NCBI GenBank assembly: GCA_030390025.1
Contig: CM059432.1
Coordinates: forward strand, 62,374,001-62,438,000
Direction: 5' to 3'
From: Squalus acanthias
Taxonomy: Eukaryota
Length of the DNA stretch: 64,000 nt
Of the stretch, positions 62,413-64,000 are shown in pieces (position 1 is the stretch's first letter; every line of letters begins with the position of its first letter). The translations under genes were made by a program, and so were the position numbers. The notes under the pieces are model-generated. The model was not told the DNA's origin. It saw nothing but the letters and a program-made list of their open reading frames with translations, and searched no databases.

Positions 62413-62490
62413 TTTTGTCTCTCCACAGATGCTGCCTGACCTGCTGAGTATTTCCAGCATTTTCTGTTTTTATTTCAGATTTCCAGCATC
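62413..62490 (+). repeat. Single-arm copy of the Penelope-like short repeat
   Basis: CTCCACAGATGCTGCCTGACCTGCTGAGTATTTCCAGC...CAGATTTCCAGCATCCGCGGTATTTTGC. Confidence 0.7.
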
Positions 62491-62976
62491 CGCGGTATTT
62501 TGCTTTTGTAAAACAAATAACTGGCTAGATATGTTTGATCCTGCCTTATATAGAAGGCATAGGTTCCACAAACATCAACAAAATGATACTTTCTCTTCAT
62601 GGAGGAAGCACAGAATTACAGGTTAAATTTCAGCACAGATTTCCTAAGGCAAATGAAATTCAGAAACAATTTCAAGCAAACCTTTAGGACATGGTCATCA
62701 CACTTCCCTATCTAAATAGCAAATGAATGCTGGTATAGAAACCATTACACAATGAAGCTCACTTACTGTCATAGCAGCAATAACTGTGAAAGGCTTAAAA
62801 AGAGTGAAGAAAGAAATGGGGATGAACCCACAGGTCAAATTATATCATGAAGAATGACAGGCTCATTAACCCATTCCATTTATGATGCTGTCATTTGACT
62901 AAACTGAACTTAAACAAGTTCAGCCCAAAACAAATACATTCCTGATAATCACCCCAAGTATGAAATAAATGATTAC

Positions 62977-63125
62977 CGTCTTTCTGGTACGAACAACAGG
63001 TAGCGTGGGATCTTGTGAGCTGTACGAGAAGCTCTGGACACCAGTAGAGAAGTCAAACTGACTCATTTCCTCACTGAGACTGCTGTCTACCATGTACGAC
63101 TGGGAGGACAAATAATGGGGTTCAT
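62977..63125 (-). CDS. PRKDC: PRKDC exon (PQR cluster): [50 protein letters not shown]
   Basis: TTTATCCAG acceptor, GTAATC donor; matches human S2056 region. Confidence 0.95.
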
Positions 63126-63859
63126 CTGGATAAAGAGAAGTCACCAACACAGGCAAAGTTTAGTCAAGTCACAGAACTGTGAAGGTTACATTTTTGACAA
63201 TCCCAGTCTCTCTATTATCAACTGTAGTTTCTGTTTATCATTTTGCTAAACGAATACAATCTAAAAGAACACCAAATTGTGCCCTGAATGAAGTTATTTT
63301 GTTAGAAAAAAAATTAAAATGCACTGAGCCCCAACCCCTAATTTATGAATAAAGAATCTGCCGTGTGGAGAGTCTTTTCCCACCCTGAATTTAGAAGAGA
63401 CACAGTGTGCACAACACAATTCTCTGTAGATACTTCATCAGTGTTGACTGGGCATGGCAAGTGCCTCACCGAACTGCGCCATTTTTGGTGTCAGGTGACA
63501 CGCTGAGGAGTTCTGTGATTTTGTTTACATTTTACAGAGAATTAAACTGAATTTACAGCACAGAAACAGGCCATTTGGCCCAAATGGTCTATGCCAGTGC
63601 TTATGCTCCACATTAGCCTCCTCCCACTCTACATACTTCATCTCACCCTATCAACATATCCTTCTATTCTTTTCTTGGTCATGTGCTTAACTAGCTTCTC
63701 CTTAAAGGCATCTATGCTATTCACCTCAACCACTCTATGTGGTAGCAAATTCCACATTCTAACCACTATCCGAGTAAAGAAGTTTCTCCTGAATTCTTTA
63801 TTGGATTTATTAGTGACTATCTTATGTTTTTAAAACTAGCGGTCATAAATATAAGAACA

Positions 63860-64000
63860 AGGAAAGATAGGCAAAAAGGAAAGGGAGGTGGGGTAGCATT
63901 GCTGGTTAAAGAGGGGATTAACACAATTGAAAGGAAGGATATTAGCTCTGATGATGTGGAATCTGTATGGGTTGAACTGAGAAATAACAATGGGCAGAAA
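63860..64000 (+). mobile_element. CR1 ORF2 endonuclease fragment running off the window
   Basis: Translates RKDRQKGKGGGVALLVKEGINTIERKDISSDDVESVWVELRNNNGQK. Confidence 0.8.

Larger units (their letters stand above)
559..63125 (-). other. PRKDC: Internal part of DNA-dependent protein kinase catalytic subunit gene (29 coding exons; gene extends beyond both window ends)
   Basis: Spliced translation is colinear with human DNA-PKcs (e.g. [65 protein letters not shown]). All introns GT-AG with compatible phases; 4618 nt coding total. Confidence 0.98.

Noticed and set aside
62977..63125. PQR cluster differences from human
   Set aside because: Key MSQ and SSQ (S2041, S2056 equivalents) are intact; differences look like ordinary divergence.

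Overview
Eukaryotic (vertebrate) genomic DNA, most likely an elasmobranch/shark judging by its repeat content (HE1-like V-SINE, Deu-domain SINEs, LF-SINE-like copies, CR1/L2 LINEs). The whole window lies inside the PRKDC (DNA-PKcs) gene on the minus strand. I traced 29 consecutive GT-AG coding exons from 63125 down to 559 (4618 nt, about 1539 codons, all splice phases compatible, no stops). They correspond roughly to human residues 2020-3557: PQR cluster, M-HEAT, ABCDE cluster, YRPD motif and FAT domain. The introns are filled with transposable elements, often nested. The most unusual structure is a set of non-autonomous PIF/Harbinger-like elements with 3-bp TSDs. They are built as chains of hairpins whose stems co-vary between copies, share a central TTTGACAG-n-CTGTCAAA palindrome across two different families, and carry clustered consensus 5' splice sites plus CCAAT/E-box/NRF1/ETS-like motifs. 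Also notable are two Penelope-like palindromic insertions with a truncated hammerhead-ribozyme-like core, a solo LTR inserted into one arm of an 80-bp inverted repeat, and loss in this DNA-PKcs of the T2638-Q phospho-motif and the DEVD caspase site. Repeat family names and human residue numbers are from recall, not database searches; boundaries of old repeats are approximate.
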